Notes under the pieces: model-generated | Told to the model about the DNA's origin: nothing | What the model saw: only the letters and a program-made list of their open reading frames with translations | Database searches by the model: none | Assembly (NCBI GenBank): GCA_964231105.1 | Contig: CAXRJI010000034.1 | Coordinates: 30,235 to 94,234, forward strand | Length of the DNA: 64,000 nt | From: Porticoccaceae bacterium | GTDB lineage: Bacteria > Pseudomonadota > Gammaproteobacteria > Pseudomonadales > Porticoccaceae | Reading direction: 5' to 3' | In this document: positions 41,852 through 53,095 of the stretch, piece after piece | Numbering within the stretch: position 1 is the stretch's first letter | Layout of the letters: every line of letters begins with the position of its first letter | Translations under genes and position numbers: made by a program

Positions 41852-42043
41852 AATTAATACAAAGGTCAATATTATTTATTGCTCTCGCTGGAAGGTTATG
41901 AGGTCGAGATTGAAGAAGTCGTGATTGTAGTATTTATATAACAATTTAGCTTGCACTCAGACCGAGACCCATCCCATGAAAGATGGGTTAGTAAATTACC
42001 ACAAAGGGCGTCTCTATGCCACACTGATGTGCATCTCTTGAAG

Positions 42044-43369
42044 TTAACTAACTTGCCAATTGATCGCTAAGCCTGGCTCATCACACTTAGCATTCCAACC
42101 GTCACAAACCCATAAATCAGCTACAGCAACTAAGGTATTGTCTTTATATAGGAGGGGTATTTTGTCCCTCCACCAAGGTGGAACAGCATACTCCTGTAGC
42201 AGTTTTTTGACGCTATTGGAATGAGCGCGCCCACAGGGCTTACAGCGTTCACCTCCCTGGCGGTAACGAATAACTAAAGGTCCAACATTGGCCCTAAGAC
42301 CAGAACCTATCACGGAATGACAGTGCAATACCGACCGATCAGCCAGTGTCAGTGGGGCTTGCATTGACCATTCAGCCTGTGATTTTTGATCAAAGGTTTG
42401 AGTTTGCGCCTCAAGCAGATACAGTCGCCCCTGAAATCTTGTCCACTGAAGTGACTGCCAAATAACCTTGGGTGCTGAGTCATCTCGAGCATTTACAACT
42501 GAATTTAAAATTTCATCTATGATTTTGCCTCCCGGCAACGGCGATTGATCTGCAAGGGACCAATGGCGCAAAACATTTCTCTGCCGCATAGCTGATAGGG
42601 TCATAAATTTTTCAATAACAATTGAACGACCTGCACGCTCTTCCCTGAGATCAAGATGCCTTAAATCCTGTGCCGCCATTTCCTCGACCAATTGTTCAGA
42701 TTGACCACAAAGATCAGCACTCTGTTGCAGAGATTGAGCATAGTCCGGCCAGCGCTGAGCAATCTCTGGAAAAACCTTATTACGAAGGTAATTGCGATCA
42801 AAAGCGTTGTCTTGATTACTTTCGTCCTCTACCCATGTAATGTTTAACCTGTTTGCACAGGCTAAGATTTGTGATTTATTCCATGCTAAAAAGGGTCTAA
42901 TCAGTGAGCCTGCACCTATGGGTCGACAACTTGGCATAGCAGATAGCCCTTTAGGGCCAGAACCACGCAATAATCGATAAAGCACCGTCTCCGCCTGGTC
43001 ATCGGCATGATGGGCTAAAAATAATAGGCCATTGGGTATAATTAGGCTCTCAAAGACTGCGTAGCGCTTGTTTCTAGCAGCGGCCTCGAACCCCTGACCT
43101 GAGGGTTTAACTTGAACCTTTTGGGTATAAAAGTTGACGCCCAGTTGCTTGCAAGTATCTTCAGCTGATGCCTGCCAACTATCCGCATAAACTGACAAAT
43201 CATGATTAATATGCACTGCAGTAATGCGACTGGGATCAATGTGTTGAGATAACAGTTTCAGTAATAGCGTCGAGTCCAGACCACCACTGAATCCAACCAA
43301 AATTTGTGGCGCACCGGCAATTAGATCCGCCCATGGTGATAATTCAAAATCTTGATCACGCTGAGACAT
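42044..43369 (-). CDS. tilS: tRNA(Ile)-lysidine synthetase
   Basis: PP-loop SGGLDS, EAAAR..RY, AHHADDQAET, WVEDESN, RNYLR; TilS C-terminus. Confidence 0.95.
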   Translation of the reverse strand: MSQRDQDFELSPWADLIAGAPQILVGFSGGLDSTLLLKLLSQHIDPSRITAVHINHDLSVYADSWQASAEDTCKQLGVNFYTQKVQVKPSGQGFEAAARNKRYAVFESLIIPNGLLFLAHHADDQAETVLYRLLRGSGPKGLSAMPSCRPIGAGSLIRPFLAWNKSQILACANRLNITWVEDESNQDNAFDRNYLRNKVFPEIAQRWPDYAQSLQQSADLCGQSEQLVEEMAAQDLRHLDLREERAGRSIVIEKFMTLSAMRQRNVLRHWSLADQSPLPGGKIIDEILNSVVNARDDSAPKVIWQSLQWTRFQGRLYLLEAQTQTFDQKSQAEWSMQAPLTLADRSVLHCHSVIGSGLRANVGPLVIRYRQGGERCKPCGRAHSNSVKKLLQEYAVPPWWRDKIPLLYKDNTLVAVADLWVCDGWNAKCDEPGLAINWQVS

Positions 43370-43371
43370 GA

Positions 43372-43722
43372 TTAATCCTGCTTATCCAAATCTGCATTAG
43401 AGGCTAGATGCTGGTCTTGGGAAAACTCCTGCGAATAATCTTCATAGGCGTCTAAATTATTTCCACTGCCATCAGCATGTTGTTTTACTTCGTCTTGTTT
43501 GCCGCGTTTAAATTGTTCACGTGTCATTAATGTACAGTTCTCTGTGCGCGGGTCAAAGGTGATCAGCACTTTACCGCTCTCAAGCTGTTTTCGCACCTGA
43601 GCCCGCTTATCCTCCAAACTTACCTCGTGGGTACCATAGTCGGTCCCCTCGCGGAGAATGAACTCCTCGATCACTGCTTGCAATGTATCAGTTTCCAGTC
43701 GTGTGTACGGAATTTCAATCAC
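43372..43722 (-). CDS. yheU: YheU (UPF0270) family protein with acidic tail
   Basis: IPY..L...TL...IEEFILREGTDYG, V..QL.SG. Confidence 0.85.
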   Translation of the reverse strand: MIEIPYTRLETDTLQAVIEEFILREGTDYGTHEVSLEDKRAQVRKQLESGKVLITFDPRTENCTLMTREQFKRGKQDEVKQHADGSGNNLDAYEDYSQEFSQDQHLASNADLDKQD

Positions 43723-43817
43723 TTAAATCACTCAACCCTTTTAATTCTCTGTGACAGCGCTTACGGGGCGCCATCTTTAATGTAATAATACACTGCATTT
43801 ACACTAAACCATTAATT

Positions 43818-44303
43818 ATGCTCGACATAGTACTTTACCAGCCCGAAATTCCACCTAATACAGGCAATATTATTCGCCTATGTGCTAATACAGGCTTTAA
43901 GTTACATCTTATTGAGCCTATTGGCTTCGACCTCGACGATAAAAAACTTCGCCGCGCAGGTCTGGACTATTTGGAGTTTCAAAGCCTGCAAATCCACGCA
44001 AGCTGGGACACGTATATAGAGCGTGTAAAGCCAAATAAGGTTTATGGACTTAGCACAAAAGGCACCCGCTGCTATTCAACTGTGCAATATCAAATAGGCG
44101 ACTGTTTACTGTTTGGCCCTGAGACCCGAGGTCTCCCCGCCAATTTGCGCGAAGATCTTGGAGATCAACAAGTCATTCGTCTGCCTATGCAACCCGATAG
44201 CCGCAGTATTAACTTATCCAATGCTGTATCTATTGTTAGCTATGAAGCGTGGCGGCAATTAAACTTTATGGGCAGTAGAACAGTTGGTAATGACGAGACT
44301 TAA
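43818..44303 (+). CDS. trmL: tRNA (cytidine/uridine34-2'-O)-methyltransferase
   Basis: IVLYQPEIPPNTGNI.R, RRAGLDY, FGPETRGLP, RSINLSN. Confidence 0.96.
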   Translation: MLDIVLYQPEIPPNTGNIIRLCANTGFKLHLIEPIGFDLDDKKLRRAGLDYLEFQSLQIHASWDTYIERVKPNKVYGLSTKGTRCYSTVQYQIGDCLLFGPETRGLPANLREDLGDQQVIRLPMQPDSRSINLSNAVSIVSYEAWRQLNFMGSRTVGNDET

Positions 44304-44846
44304 ATGCAGCAACCTATAGGACTTTTTTACGGCAGTTCAACTTGCTACACAGAAATGGCAGCGGAAAAAATTGCTGATGCCATCAATAAAATCGCTGGCC
44401 AATCCTTTGTCAAACTACACAATATTGCTGAGGATTCTGTGCAACTAATGGCTGACTATCAATATATTATTCTTGGCATTCCAACTTGGGACTATGGAGA
44501 ATTACAAGAAGATTGGGAGACGCATTGGGACAGCTTAGACAGTCTCGATCTCAGTCATAAACAGATCGCCCTGTATGGACTTGGTGATCAAATTGGCTAC
44601 CCACAATGGTTTCAAGATGCTATGGGCTACCTGTGGGCTAAGGTGCTTGGCCAAGGTGCTACTTGCGTTGGCCAGTGGCCCAACCAAGGCTACCAATTTG
44701 AGCAATCAAAGGCGCTGACGCAGGATGAAGCATTCTTTGTTGGTTTGGCTCTTGACGATGAAAATCAACCTGAATTAACCGACCAATATATTGATCAGTG
44801 GTCACAACAGGTCTTACAGCAGTTCGGCTGTCTAAACAGTGACTAA
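44304..44846 (+). CDS. fldB: Long-chain flavodoxin FldB
   Basis: GLFYGSSTCYTEMAAEKI, GIPTWDYGE.QEDW, YGLGDQ, FVGLALD. Confidence 0.9.
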   Translation: MQQPIGLFYGSSTCYTEMAAEKIADAINKIAGQSFVKLHNIAEDSVQLMADYQYIILGIPTWDYGELQEDWETHWDSLDSLDLSHKQIALYGLGDQIGYPQWFQDAMGYLWAKVLGQGATCVGQWPNQGYQFEQSKALTQDEAFFVGLALDDENQPELTDQYIDQWSQQVLQQFGCLNSD

Positions 44847-46899
44847 CACCAGCTCTCACATTATTGATTGCGCCAATATTGAATGGCGCAATGGCACACC
44901 ATTTTCCTTGGATTTTGAGGATTTTTACTACCACAGCGGCCAGCCATTTACAGAAAACGGTTTGCGCGAGACTGAATATATATTTTTACAGCAAAATAAG
45001 TTGCAGCAACGCTGGAGCCAGCTTTGTCAGTCAAACACATTCAACAAATCCTTTGTTATTGGAGAAACAGGCTTTGGAACCGGACTGAACTTTCTCTGTG
45101 CCTGTGATTTGTGGCTTAAAACCGCACCTGAGGACTGGTGTTTATTATTTATCTCTACAGAACTAAAGCCAATCAACAAAGAGGTGCTGATCGATATTTA
45201 TCAAAGCTGGGGCACGTTATCTGAACGCTGCGATGAATTAATCGAACAGTATCCCGAACTTCTACCAGGTACTCATACCATCTCCTTAGCCAATGGACGC
45301 ATTAAACTGTATCTGATGCTTGGCGAAGGAAATGAGAAGCTTCAGCAGATAGCCCAAAGCGCCGAACCTGAGTTGGCTAACTATGCAAAGTGCGGCGTAG
45401 ATGCTTGGTTTTTAGACGGTTTTGCACCGGCAAAAAATCCTCAACTCTGGTCCCAGACTATTTTTGAAACAGTCGCCTCTCTATCTAATAAAGACGCAAC
45501 GTTTGCCACGTTTACCAGCGCCTCTCAAGTTCGCAAGGGATTGGCTAATGCAGGCTTTACGGTACAAAAAGTCGCTGGGTTTGGACGCAAACGGGAATCC
45601 CTTACAGGCCATTACAATGACCCAAAAAAAATCTTTAAACTTAGCACCACTCACTGGTACCTCAATCAATCACCGCCTGTAGATAAAAGCAAGCAAGTGG
45701 TGGTTTTGGGCGCCGGGATTGCTGGCTGTACAACTGCTGTTGCCCTGTCCCAAAAAGGGTTTGATGTTACAGTGATTGATCGCCATCCCATCGCAGGACA
45801 AGAAGGGTCAGGCAACCATCAGGCCATTGTTTATCCCAGATTGTCTGTACAACATGACCAACTTCCCAGAATTAATCTTACAGCTATGCTGTTAGCAAGC
45901 CGCTACTACCAGCCCCTGTGGAAACAGGGCCTAGGTGCTCAATGCGGAGTACTTCTTTTGCCCACTGGCAATCAAGACGAGGAAGATTTTTTTCAAATTG
46001 GTAAACGCTTTAAGAAAGATAGGTCATTGGTTCGCTTAGTTGATAATCAAGAAATATGTTTGTTAAGTGGTATAAATCTCAATGCAGCCATGGGTTTATT
46101 TTTCCCTGGTCTGGGCTGGCTGCCCCCCAGTTTAGTTTGTCAGACCCTTCTAAAAGACCATGACATACCCCTAATACAAGCAGATATAGATCGCATACAA
46201 CGCTGTGATAAAAAAGATCAGTGGCAGTTGCACTCTGAATCGCAACAATCTCCCTATCTAGCTCATACATTGGTTATAGCTAATGCCCATAACTGCCTTC
46301 AGTTTGATCAAACCAACTTTTTAAACCTGACTCAGTTGCGAGGTCAGGTTACTCATATCCCCAGCAATACGGTCAGTGCCCATTTGCAAACTGTTATTTG
46401 CGGAAAAGGTTATATTGCACCGGCAAATCAGGGTTTTCATAGTTGCGGCGCAACCTACAATAAGGGGTTGTATTCAACCGAGGTGCGCACACAGGATCAT
46501 CAAAAAAATCTCGACACCATGTTGGCAACAGACCAAGGAATCATGGATACCTTGGGAGATCAGAGCATTGAAGATCTACAGGGAAGAGCAAATTATCGCT
46601 GTACTAGCCGAGATTATTTACCAATGGTAGGGCCTGTGCCTGATATAGACGCATTTTTGCGTTTATTTGAGCCTCTGCGAAGCAATGCCAATATAACATT
46701 GGATCAGTTTGGCGCTTACCAACCAAACTTATATATCACCTGTGCTATGGGCTCGCGGGGTCTAAGCTATGCACCCTTGGCTGCAGAGCTGATTGCCTCA
46801 GAAATTAGTGGTGAGATTCCGGCTCTGGAGAGAGACTTACGTCTGGCCATGCATCCAGCGCGGTTCATTATTCGGGATCTAAAACGACGAAAAATCTAA
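44839..46899 (+). CDS. mnmC: Bifunctional tRNA mnm5s2U34 biosynthesis protein
   Basis: GETGFGTGLNF, DAWFLDGFAPAKNP, GFGRKRE; FAD domain GAGIAG, GSGN.Q..., GSRGL. Confidence 0.94.
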   Translation: MTNTSSHIIDCANIEWRNGTPFSLDFEDFYYHSGQPFTENGLRETEYIFLQQNKLQQRWSQLCQSNTFNKSFVIGETGFGTGLNFLCACDLWLKTAPEDWCLLFISTELKPINKEVLIDIYQSWGTLSERCDELIEQYPELLPGTHTISLANGRIKLYLMLGEGNEKLQQIAQSAEPELANYAKCGVDAWFLDGFAPAKNPQLWSQTIFETVASLSNKDATFATFTSASQVRKGLANAGFTVQKVAGFGRKRESLTGHYNDPKKIFKLSTTHWYLNQSPPVDKSKQVVVLGAGIAGCTTAVALSQKGFDVTVIDRHPIAGQEGSGNHQAIVYPRLSVQHDQLPRINLTAMLLASRYYQPLWKQGLGAQCGVLLLPTGNQDEEDFFQIGKRFKKDRSLVRLVDNQEICLLSGINLNAAMGLFFPGLGWLPPSLVCQTLLKDHDIPLIQADIDRIQRCDKKDQWQLHSESQQSPYLAHTLVIANAHNCLQFDQTNFLNLTQLRGQVTHIPSNTVSAHLQTVICGKGYIAPANQGFHSCGATYNKGLYSTEVRTQDHQKNLDTMLATDQGIMDTLGDQSIEDLQGRANYRCTSRDYLPMVGPVPDIDAFLRLFEPLRSNANITLDQFGAYQPNLYITCAMGSRGLSYAPLAAELIASEISGEIPALERDLRLAMHPARFIIRDLKRRKI

Positions 46900-46907
46900 T
46901 CACAAAA

Positions 46908-48107
46908 TCACTGATCAGTGACTACAAACTCCAGCCCTTTCTGATAAATTTCTAGGCGCGCTTGATCATCATCCAACGCTGCATAAATAGTTGCGAGATC
47001 AAAAAATATCTGAGCGCAGGGCTGAAGCCTATTAGCTTCCTCAAGGTAATCTCTAGCCTTGCCATATAATTCCATTTGCATACATATGTGACCCAAGGCA
47101 GCCAATAAATGAGGATTTTGCGGATGTTGTTTGAGCCATTTTTCGGCTAACGCTAGCTGTTTTTTTGACTCTTTAACTACCAAAGCAGCAAAGGCTGTTA
47201 TCAGCTCATCCTGCCACTGTGCATTGAGTCTTTTGCTTAAAAGATTAAAAGCACTGCTTGCGTCATCGCGCGCCACAAGCGCATCAACATAGGCAATTAA
47301 AATCTCTGTTTCCTGCCTTAACTGTTTGGGAATCTTTGACCATAGCGCATCAAGCTTAGACCCTGAATCAGCGTCTTGAGCTTCATCGGAAAAAGAGCGT
47401 AATAAACCACAGTATGTGGCTACCTCAAGTTGACGTAAATCTTTTTTCTCGTAAACCTGCAATTTCTTAAGCACCGGCAAGAGGTCAAAAAGAGTGGACC
47501 AATCAGCGTATTTTTGAGCGGTTGATGACAATGACTTTAAGACATCTAGGTTTTCTGGCTCAGTCTGATAAAGGCTGTGCAGTGTTTTTAAAGCCTGTTT
47601 ATGTTTAGAGTCCTCAAGCAAAAAATCCACCCAAAGTAGATCAGCTTGAAGCGTTGCTTCTGGAAACCGATTTTTTAAATCCTGAAGGAGTTGCTGACAC
47701 AGCTGCCAGTCTTTATTTTTGCCTGCAGCAGTAGCCGCATAAAGCAGGTTAACTTGCGGTGTTTCTGAATTCTTACTTGACTGACTGAGCAACTTGCTGG
47801 ATTTTTGCCAATCTTCTTTAAGAAACAATAGAAGCCCACTCGCCGTTTGACTGATTTGTTGCGAACGACGGCGGTTGCTCCACCAACTGCGCATACCACC
47901 TGCCAACAATAGCCACCTCAAAAGCGCTAGCACACCAATCAAACCCACAGTGCAGATCAGGTAAATTAAGACCCCCAACCAAAAGCTCATTTCAATTGTT
48001 GTGCCAGCTAAACTGATCAGAATATACCCCCGATCCTGTTGCACAAGCCAAATACCCACGGCTCCCATCAGCAGTGCAAAGACACAGAAAAGCAGGGTAC
48101 GTCTCAC
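46908..48107 (-). CDS. hemY: HemY-like membrane/TPR protein
   Basis: N-terminal TMs with GY.LI...G..IEMS.W, TPR-like helices; last gene of hemCDXY. Confidence 0.82.
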   Translation of the reverse strand: MRRTLLFCVFALLMGAVGIWLVQQDRGYILISLAGTTIEMSFWLGVLIYLICTVGLIGVLALLRWLLLAGGMRSWWSNRRRSQQISQTASGLLLFLKEDWQKSSKLLSQSSKNSETPQVNLLYAATAAGKNKDWQLCQQLLQDLKNRFPEATLQADLLWVDFLLEDSKHKQALKTLHSLYQTEPENLDVLKSLSSTAQKYADWSTLFDLLPVLKKLQVYEKKDLRQLEVATYCGLLRSFSDEAQDADSGSKLDALWSKIPKQLRQETEILIAYVDALVARDDASSAFNLLSKRLNAQWQDELITAFAALVVKESKKQLALAEKWLKQHPQNPHLLAALGHICMQMELYGKARDYLEEANRLQPCAQIFFDLATIYAALDDDQARLEIYQKGLEFVVTDQ

Positions 48108-49297
48108 TGCGATTTCTCCCTCTTAACTGTTTTATCATTGGTATTAGGATTATCTAAACCAGTGCCTGTCAATCGCTGCTGACGTGTAACCAGCAATGTC
48201 TCTAATGCCTCTAAGTTTCGAGTGATAGCGGGCAACTGCTGTTGTACTGACATTTGACGCAACACTGTTAGCCGCTCCGTTACTGCCTGAACTTTTGAAT
48301 TGGATTGAAAGAAACGTGAAAGGTAATCATCTGCCTTAGCTAGACTGGTTTCAAAAATACCCTGCTCCTCTCTTAGTAAGGCAATCTGCGCCTGCTCCAA
48401 CATCATGGCCAAGTTATATTTTACTAACGCAGCCTCAGCCGGTTGCAAAATTGGCTCAATGGGAGTTTTTCGCTGGGTTACACGCACCAGTGATCGAATC
48501 TCATAAAAAAAACCACTTTTGACGTCAGCGTGATTCGATTCTTCTGCTTTCGATTCTTCTGCTTTCCATTCTTCTGCTGTGGCTAACTCTTTTGCAGCGG
48601 CCATCTGGGCAGGAATATCGATTAGAGGTAATGATTCAATATTATTAGCCAGGGCCTGCAATTCTAGATACATGCCTTGCCTATCCACATCCTTAACAAG
48701 ACGTAATGCGGTGATATCCTCAGCCAGTGCACGACGCACTGGTAGCAGATCTTCACCCTCCAATTCTTGGAGAATATGGTCAACGCTCTCCAATAATGCC
48801 AACGGATTTTTTACACCACGCTCAGTCTGCAGTCGCTGATTTGCAAGGCGACTCAAATACACTGCCTCTGCCAATAGCCAATCACTTCGTGTTGAAGATC
48901 CAAACTCAGCCATTCGCCGACCCTGGGTATTCACTCTTAACTGCAAGTCATCAATTTTTTTCTCTAATTTTTCGATTTGTTTCTCAAATTGCGACTGATC
49001 TGCAATTAAACCGGTTGATTGATCACTTAAAGTATCGGTTAACTGATTAAGGGATAGTAGAGCCTGATCAGTCTCTTGCAGGATAAGGCCGCGCTCCTGC
49101 CACTTACCCCACATAAAATTAACGCATAGGCCGACACCAGCAATAAGCCCCAGACCTAGAACAACAGCGAAAACTTTGAGCCGTTTTTTGCTAGGTTTTG
49201 TGGTTGCCTTCGCCTGACTAGTCGCAGTGGCATCTTTGGCTGCTGTTTGACCACTTTTAGCAGGCGATGTATTTTTTTGCTCGGTTTTTTCGTTCAC
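48104..49297 (-). CDS. hemX: HemX-like protein
   Basis: Polar N-terminus, TM, coiled coil, DWLLAEA.YL.RLANQRL, RRALA.DI..L. Confidence 0.88.
   Translation of the reverse strand: MNEKTEQKNTSPAKSGQTAAKDATATSQAKATTKPSKKRLKVFAVVLGLGLIAGVGLCVNFMWGKWQERGLILQETDQALLSLNQLTDTLSDQSTGLIADQSQFEKQIEKLEKKIDDLQLRVNTQGRRMAEFGSSTRSDWLLAEAVYLSRLANQRLQTERGVKNPLALLESVDHILQELEGEDLLPVRRALAEDITALRLVKDVDRQGMYLELQALANNIESLPLIDIPAQMAAAKELATAEEWKAEESKAEESNHADVKSGFFYEIRSLVRVTQRKTPIEPILQPAEAALVKYNLAMMLEQAQIALLREEQGIFETSLAKADDYLSRFFQSNSKVQAVTERLTVLRQMSVQQQLPAITRNLEALETLLVTRQQRLTGTGLDNPNTNDKTVKREKSQ
48534..48578 (-). repeat. 3 x 15-bp tandem repeat inside hemX (AEE(W/S)K)
   Basis: ttcgattcttctgct x2 followed by ttccattcttctgct. 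Confidence 0.9.
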
Positions 49298-49372
49298 TGT
49301 TTATCCCCGTTATTACCGAAACCTTATTTAGATCTCACCCTTTTATTGCCTAAAAAATTAGGCATTGCAGTA

Positions 49373-50110
49373 TCACTTATTTCGCAGGCGCAGTACTGCA
49401 TCTAACATTGATTCTGGTAGCGCATTTTGTGCAACTTCAATTTGTTTATAACCCAGTTCCCGTGCTTGTTCAGCAATTCTAGCACTGGGTACGACAAGCG
49501 GTATATGACTGTTATTACCCCCTCCCATGCCCTGCAATAACTCGCCACTATGGGCTACAAGACAACTTGCCTGGTTAAGAAAGGCTCGCGCTTGGTCAAC
49601 TTGCGTTGGCTCTATGACTCTCTGGTAGAGATTACAGTAAACAACATCAGCACCTCGCTCAGTCAATATTGATGCCAATGTTTGACGTCCTTCACCACCG
49701 CGAAAAATAATCACCGATTTGCCCTCAAGATCATTTAACTGTGGTAGCTCTCTAAGCAAACCCTCGGTGTTGGGCTGCTCAGTTGGACAGTGAACAGAAT
49801 AACCATAATCATCAAAGATACTCGCCGTCTGTTGACCTACTGCCAAAAACTCAATGCCCTGTGGTAATTGAGGCCAGCGTTTAGCAATAAGTGGCAATCC
49901 AATCTCTGCAGCATTAGCACTAATAAAAATTGCCAAATCATAGCGATTGAGACCTTCAACCATGGGCGTGATTATGTGTTTTTGCGCATCCACCACAGAG
50001 TGGATATTCATAATTGGCAGATGCTGATAGGGTATATCAGCAGCAGATAAAAGGGCCAAAAATGCATCACCCTCTCGCAATGGTCTAATTACCAATAGCG
50101 GCTTATCCAT
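49373..50110 (-). CDS. hemD: Uroporphyrinogen-III synthase
   Basis: IFISANAA, AVG..TA, IFRGGEGR..L...L..RGA.V; ATG 50110, just after hemC. Confidence 0.9.
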   Translation of the reverse strand: MDKPLLVIRPLREGDAFLALLSAADIPYQHLPIMNIHSVVDAQKHIITPMVEGLNRYDLAIFISANAAEIGLPLIAKRWPQLPQGIEFLAVGQQTASIFDDYGYSVHCPTEQPNTEGLLRELPQLNDLEGKSVIIFRGGEGRQTLASILTERGADVVYCNLYQRVIEPTQVDQARAFLNQASCLVAHSGELLQGMGGGNNSHIPLVVPSARIAEQARELGYKQIEVAQNALPESMLDAVLRLRNK

Positions 50111-50114
50111 CGCT

Positions 50115-51050
50115 TCACTCGTCACCATAAACAGAGGCCAGTATTTCACCAGCACCCATGGCGAGAAGCTTATCGGCAAGCTGTTGCCCTAGAAGCTCAG
50201 CATCCTCGACAGGACCCTGAGTATTGGCCTTAAGCACAGTTTGACCATCTAATGACCCCACTAAACCATCTATTTTTAGGGTTGAACCAGAGGCATCTAA
50301 CCGAGCAAAACCGCCTATAGGCACCTGACAGCCCCCCTGTAAACGCCGATTCATGGCTCTTTCAGCGGTGACACAGCAAGCGCTATCTGGATGATGTAAT
50401 GGCTGCAGTAGCTGCTGTATCGATGGGTCATTAGTTCGACATTCAATACCTACGGCACCCTGACCCGCCGCAGGCAGACATAAATCAGTCTCCAATCGGG
50501 AAGCTATTCTCTGTTGCATCTCCAGCCTAATTAAACCGGCACTGGCAAGTATTAAAGCATCGTAGTCACCGCTATCTAACTTCGCCAATCGGGTGTTGAC
50601 ATTACCACGCAAATCTTTGATCTGTAACTCGGGATAACGTGCACGAATTTGACACTGACGCCGAAGACTGGATGTACCTACAATAGCACCGGCAGGAAGT
50701 TCATCAAGATGCTGATAGCGATTGGATACAAACGCATCTGAGGGATCTTCGCGCTCGCAGATAACTGCTAGAGACAAGCCCTCGGGAAACTCCATGGGCA
50801 CATCTTTCATGGAGTGCACGGCTATATCAGCCTTTCCCTCTAGCATGGCCACTTCAAGCTCTTTGACAAAGAGCCCTTTGCCACCCACTTTGGCCAAAGA
50901 AGTATCCAACAATTTATCGCCCCTAGTGCTGATAGCAAGCATCTCAACCTGTAATTGAGAATGATGGTCTAATAATTGTTTTTTAACATACTCTGCCTGC
51001 CACAGGGCGAGAGGACTTTTTCTTGTAGCTATTCGCACCAACTGAGTCAT
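50115..51050 (-). CDS. hemC: Porphobilinogen deaminase
   Basis: [55 protein letters not shown]. Confidence 0.98.
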   Translation of the reverse strand: MTQLVRIATRKSPLALWQAEYVKKQLLDHHSQLQVEMLAISTRGDKLLDTSLAKVGGKGLFVKELEVAMLEGKADIAVHSMKDVPMEFPEGLSLAVICEREDPSDAFVSNRYQHLDELPAGAIVGTSSLRRQCQIRARYPELQIKDLRGNVNTRLAKLDSGDYDALILASAGLIRLEMQQRIASRLETDLCLPAAGQGAVGIECRTNDPSIQQLLQPLHHPDSACCVTAERAMNRRLQGGCQVPIGGFARLDASGSTLKIDGLVGSLDGQTVLKANTQGPVEDAELLGQQLADKLLAMGAGEILASVYGDE

Positions 51051-51255
51051 AATTGCTGTCTAGAATTGTGATTTAAACGCTATTATCAACAATTTAATCA
51101 GGTTTGTCAGAGTGAGTTTTAGCAAATATTTAATTTATTAAAATAAGGCTTACAGCTTTAGCTGTATAGCCTTAATTGATAGACAACTTTTACCACCTAA
51201 TCATCAGGATTAGCTATAATCTCGCCGATATTTAAATAAGCAGGTATTTGCACCA

Positions 51256-52686
51256 ATGGGTAAATCTAAAAACGACAAGACAAGACAAGAGGGTAATGCA
51301 CTCACAAATGCATCGTGGGGGGGACGTTTTGATGAACCCGTTGATGCTTTTGTAGCAAGGTTTACCGCCTCTGTTGACTTTGATCAACGACTAGCCCATG
51401 AGGATATTCAAGGTTCAATTGCCCATGCGCAAATGTTACAGCAAGCGGGAATTTTGGATGCATCGGAGCTTACGCAAATTGTTGATGGTTTAAAAAGTAT
51501 TGCCGTTGATATCAAACAGGGTCAATTCACTTGGTCACAAGCTCTTGAAGATGTACACATGAATATTGAAGCTACACTGACAGAGCGTATTGGAATCGTG
51601 GGTAAAAAACTTCATACCGGGCGCTCTAGAAATGACCAAGTGGCAACCGATATACGCCTATGGTTACGCGCACAAATTGATACCATCAAACCGATTATTA
51701 GCAACCTTCAAGAGCAGATTATTGGTTTAGCAATTGCTGAGTCAGGCACCATCATGCCAGGTTTTACCCATTTGCAAACAGCGCAACCTGTCACCTTTGG
51801 TCATCATCTTCTGGCATGGAATGAAATGCTCGAAAGAGACTACGGACGCCTGTGTGATTGTAGAGCAAGACTAAATCAAAGCCCATTGGGCTCAGCAGCT
51901 CTTGCCGGTACTAGCTACCCCATTGATAGACAATTTACTGCTGATGCGCTGGGCTTTTCTAAACCTACAGAAAACTCCCTAGACTCAGTGAGTGATCGTG
52001 ACTTCGCCATCGAGTTTTGTGCCTTTGCCAGCCTTTTAATGACTCATCTGTCACGTATCTCTGAGGAATTAATACTTTGGACTTCTGCCCAATTTCAATT
52101 TATTGAGCTTCCAGATCGCTTCTGTACCGGCTCCTCTATTATGCCGCAGAAGAAAAATCCAGATGTTCCAGAATTAGTTCGAGGCAAGACAGGTCGAGTT
52201 CATGGTCAACTTATATCGCTGCTGACGCTAATGAAGTCTCAACCACTGGCCTATAACAAAGACAATCAGGAAGATAAAGAGCCTTTATTTGATGCGGTGG
52301 ATACCGTCTTAGATTGCCTGCGAGCTTTTGCCGATATGGTGCCTGCGCTAAAAGCTAACCGAGAGGCAATGTATAAGGCCGCTAAAAAGGGTTACGCTAC
52401 AGCAACTGATCTTGCGGATTATTTGGTGGGTAAAGGTGTGCCTTTTCGAGAGTGCCATGAGATTGTGGGAAAAACTGTGGCTTATGCCATTGCTGAACAA
52501 AAGGACCTTGAGGAACTGAGCCTTAAAGAGCTTCAAGGTTTTTCTGATTTGATTGAGGAGGACGCCTACCAAGTACTCAGCCTTGAGGGATCAGTGAATG
52601 CGCGCAATCATATTGGCGGTACAGCACCACAACAGGTAGAGGCCGCCGCACAGCGTGCTTTGGCGTTACTTAAAACTCGAAGTTAA
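51256..52686 (+). CDS. argH: Argininosuccinate lyase
   Basis: [51 protein letters not shown]. Confidence 0.98.
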   Translation: MGKSKNDKTRQEGNALTNASWGGRFDEPVDAFVARFTASVDFDQRLAHEDIQGSIAHAQMLQQAGILDASELTQIVDGLKSIAVDIKQGQFTWSQALEDVHMNIEATLTERIGIVGKKLHTGRSRNDQVATDIRLWLRAQIDTIKPIISNLQEQIIGLAIAESGTIMPGFTHLQTAQPVTFGHHLLAWNEMLERDYGRLCDCRARLNQSPLGSAALAGTSYPIDRQFTADALGFSKPTENSLDSVSDRDFAIEFCAFASLLMTHLSRISEELILWTSAQFQFIELPDRFCTGSSIMPQKKNPDVPELVRGKTGRVHGQLISLLTLMKSQPLAYNKDNQEDKEPLFDAVDTVLDCLRAFADMVPALKANREAMYKAAKKGYATATDLADYLVGKGVPFRECHEIVGKTVAYAIAEQKDLEELSLKELQGFSDLIEEDAYQVLSLEGSVNARNHIGGTAPQQVEAAAQRALALLKTRS

Positions 52687-53002
52687 CCTGCTCACCAGAT
52701 TGAGCGAGGCAAGCCTCGCTCAACATCTTACTCAAGGGTTCACCTGTGACTGTATTTAGCCACACTTCACCCTCTTCTGAGGCTTGTAGATTAAAGTGAA
52801 ACCCGCCCGAACGAGCCGCCAGCCATATCTCTCCCAGTGGCGGCTGCCGAGATAGGATTATTTGTGAGCCATTGCATTCACAGGTAATGGTTAACATGCC
52901 GCTGTTATTTTCATAATCCAAGTCTGCACCACTATCATCAATGGCCTCTTCGATAGAAAACATAAGCTCGTCAACCTGTTGATTAAACTGCGCTTCGGTC
53001 AT
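52670..53002 (-). CDS. cyaY: Iron donor protein CyaY (frataxin)
   Basis: M.E..F......L...IEE..D, SGMLTI, II.SRQ.P..EIWLA..SGGFHF. Confidence 0.93.
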   Translation of the reverse strand: MTEAQFNQQVDELMFSIEEAIDDSGADLDYENNSGMLTITCECNGSQIILSRQPPLGEIWLAARSGGFHFNLQASEEGEVWLNTVTGEPLSKMLSEACLAQSGEQVNFEF

Positions 53003-53095
53003 AAATTAGGATCCAATTATCGAGGCGTCAGTATAATTGTTTGAGTGTCATCCTCCAATACCGCTATACTTACGCCTTTGCCGAGGTAGGGTATT

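Noticed and set aside
51051-51255. ARG boxes upstream of argH
   Set aside because: AT-rich, but no convincing TGAAT-N-ATTCA match.
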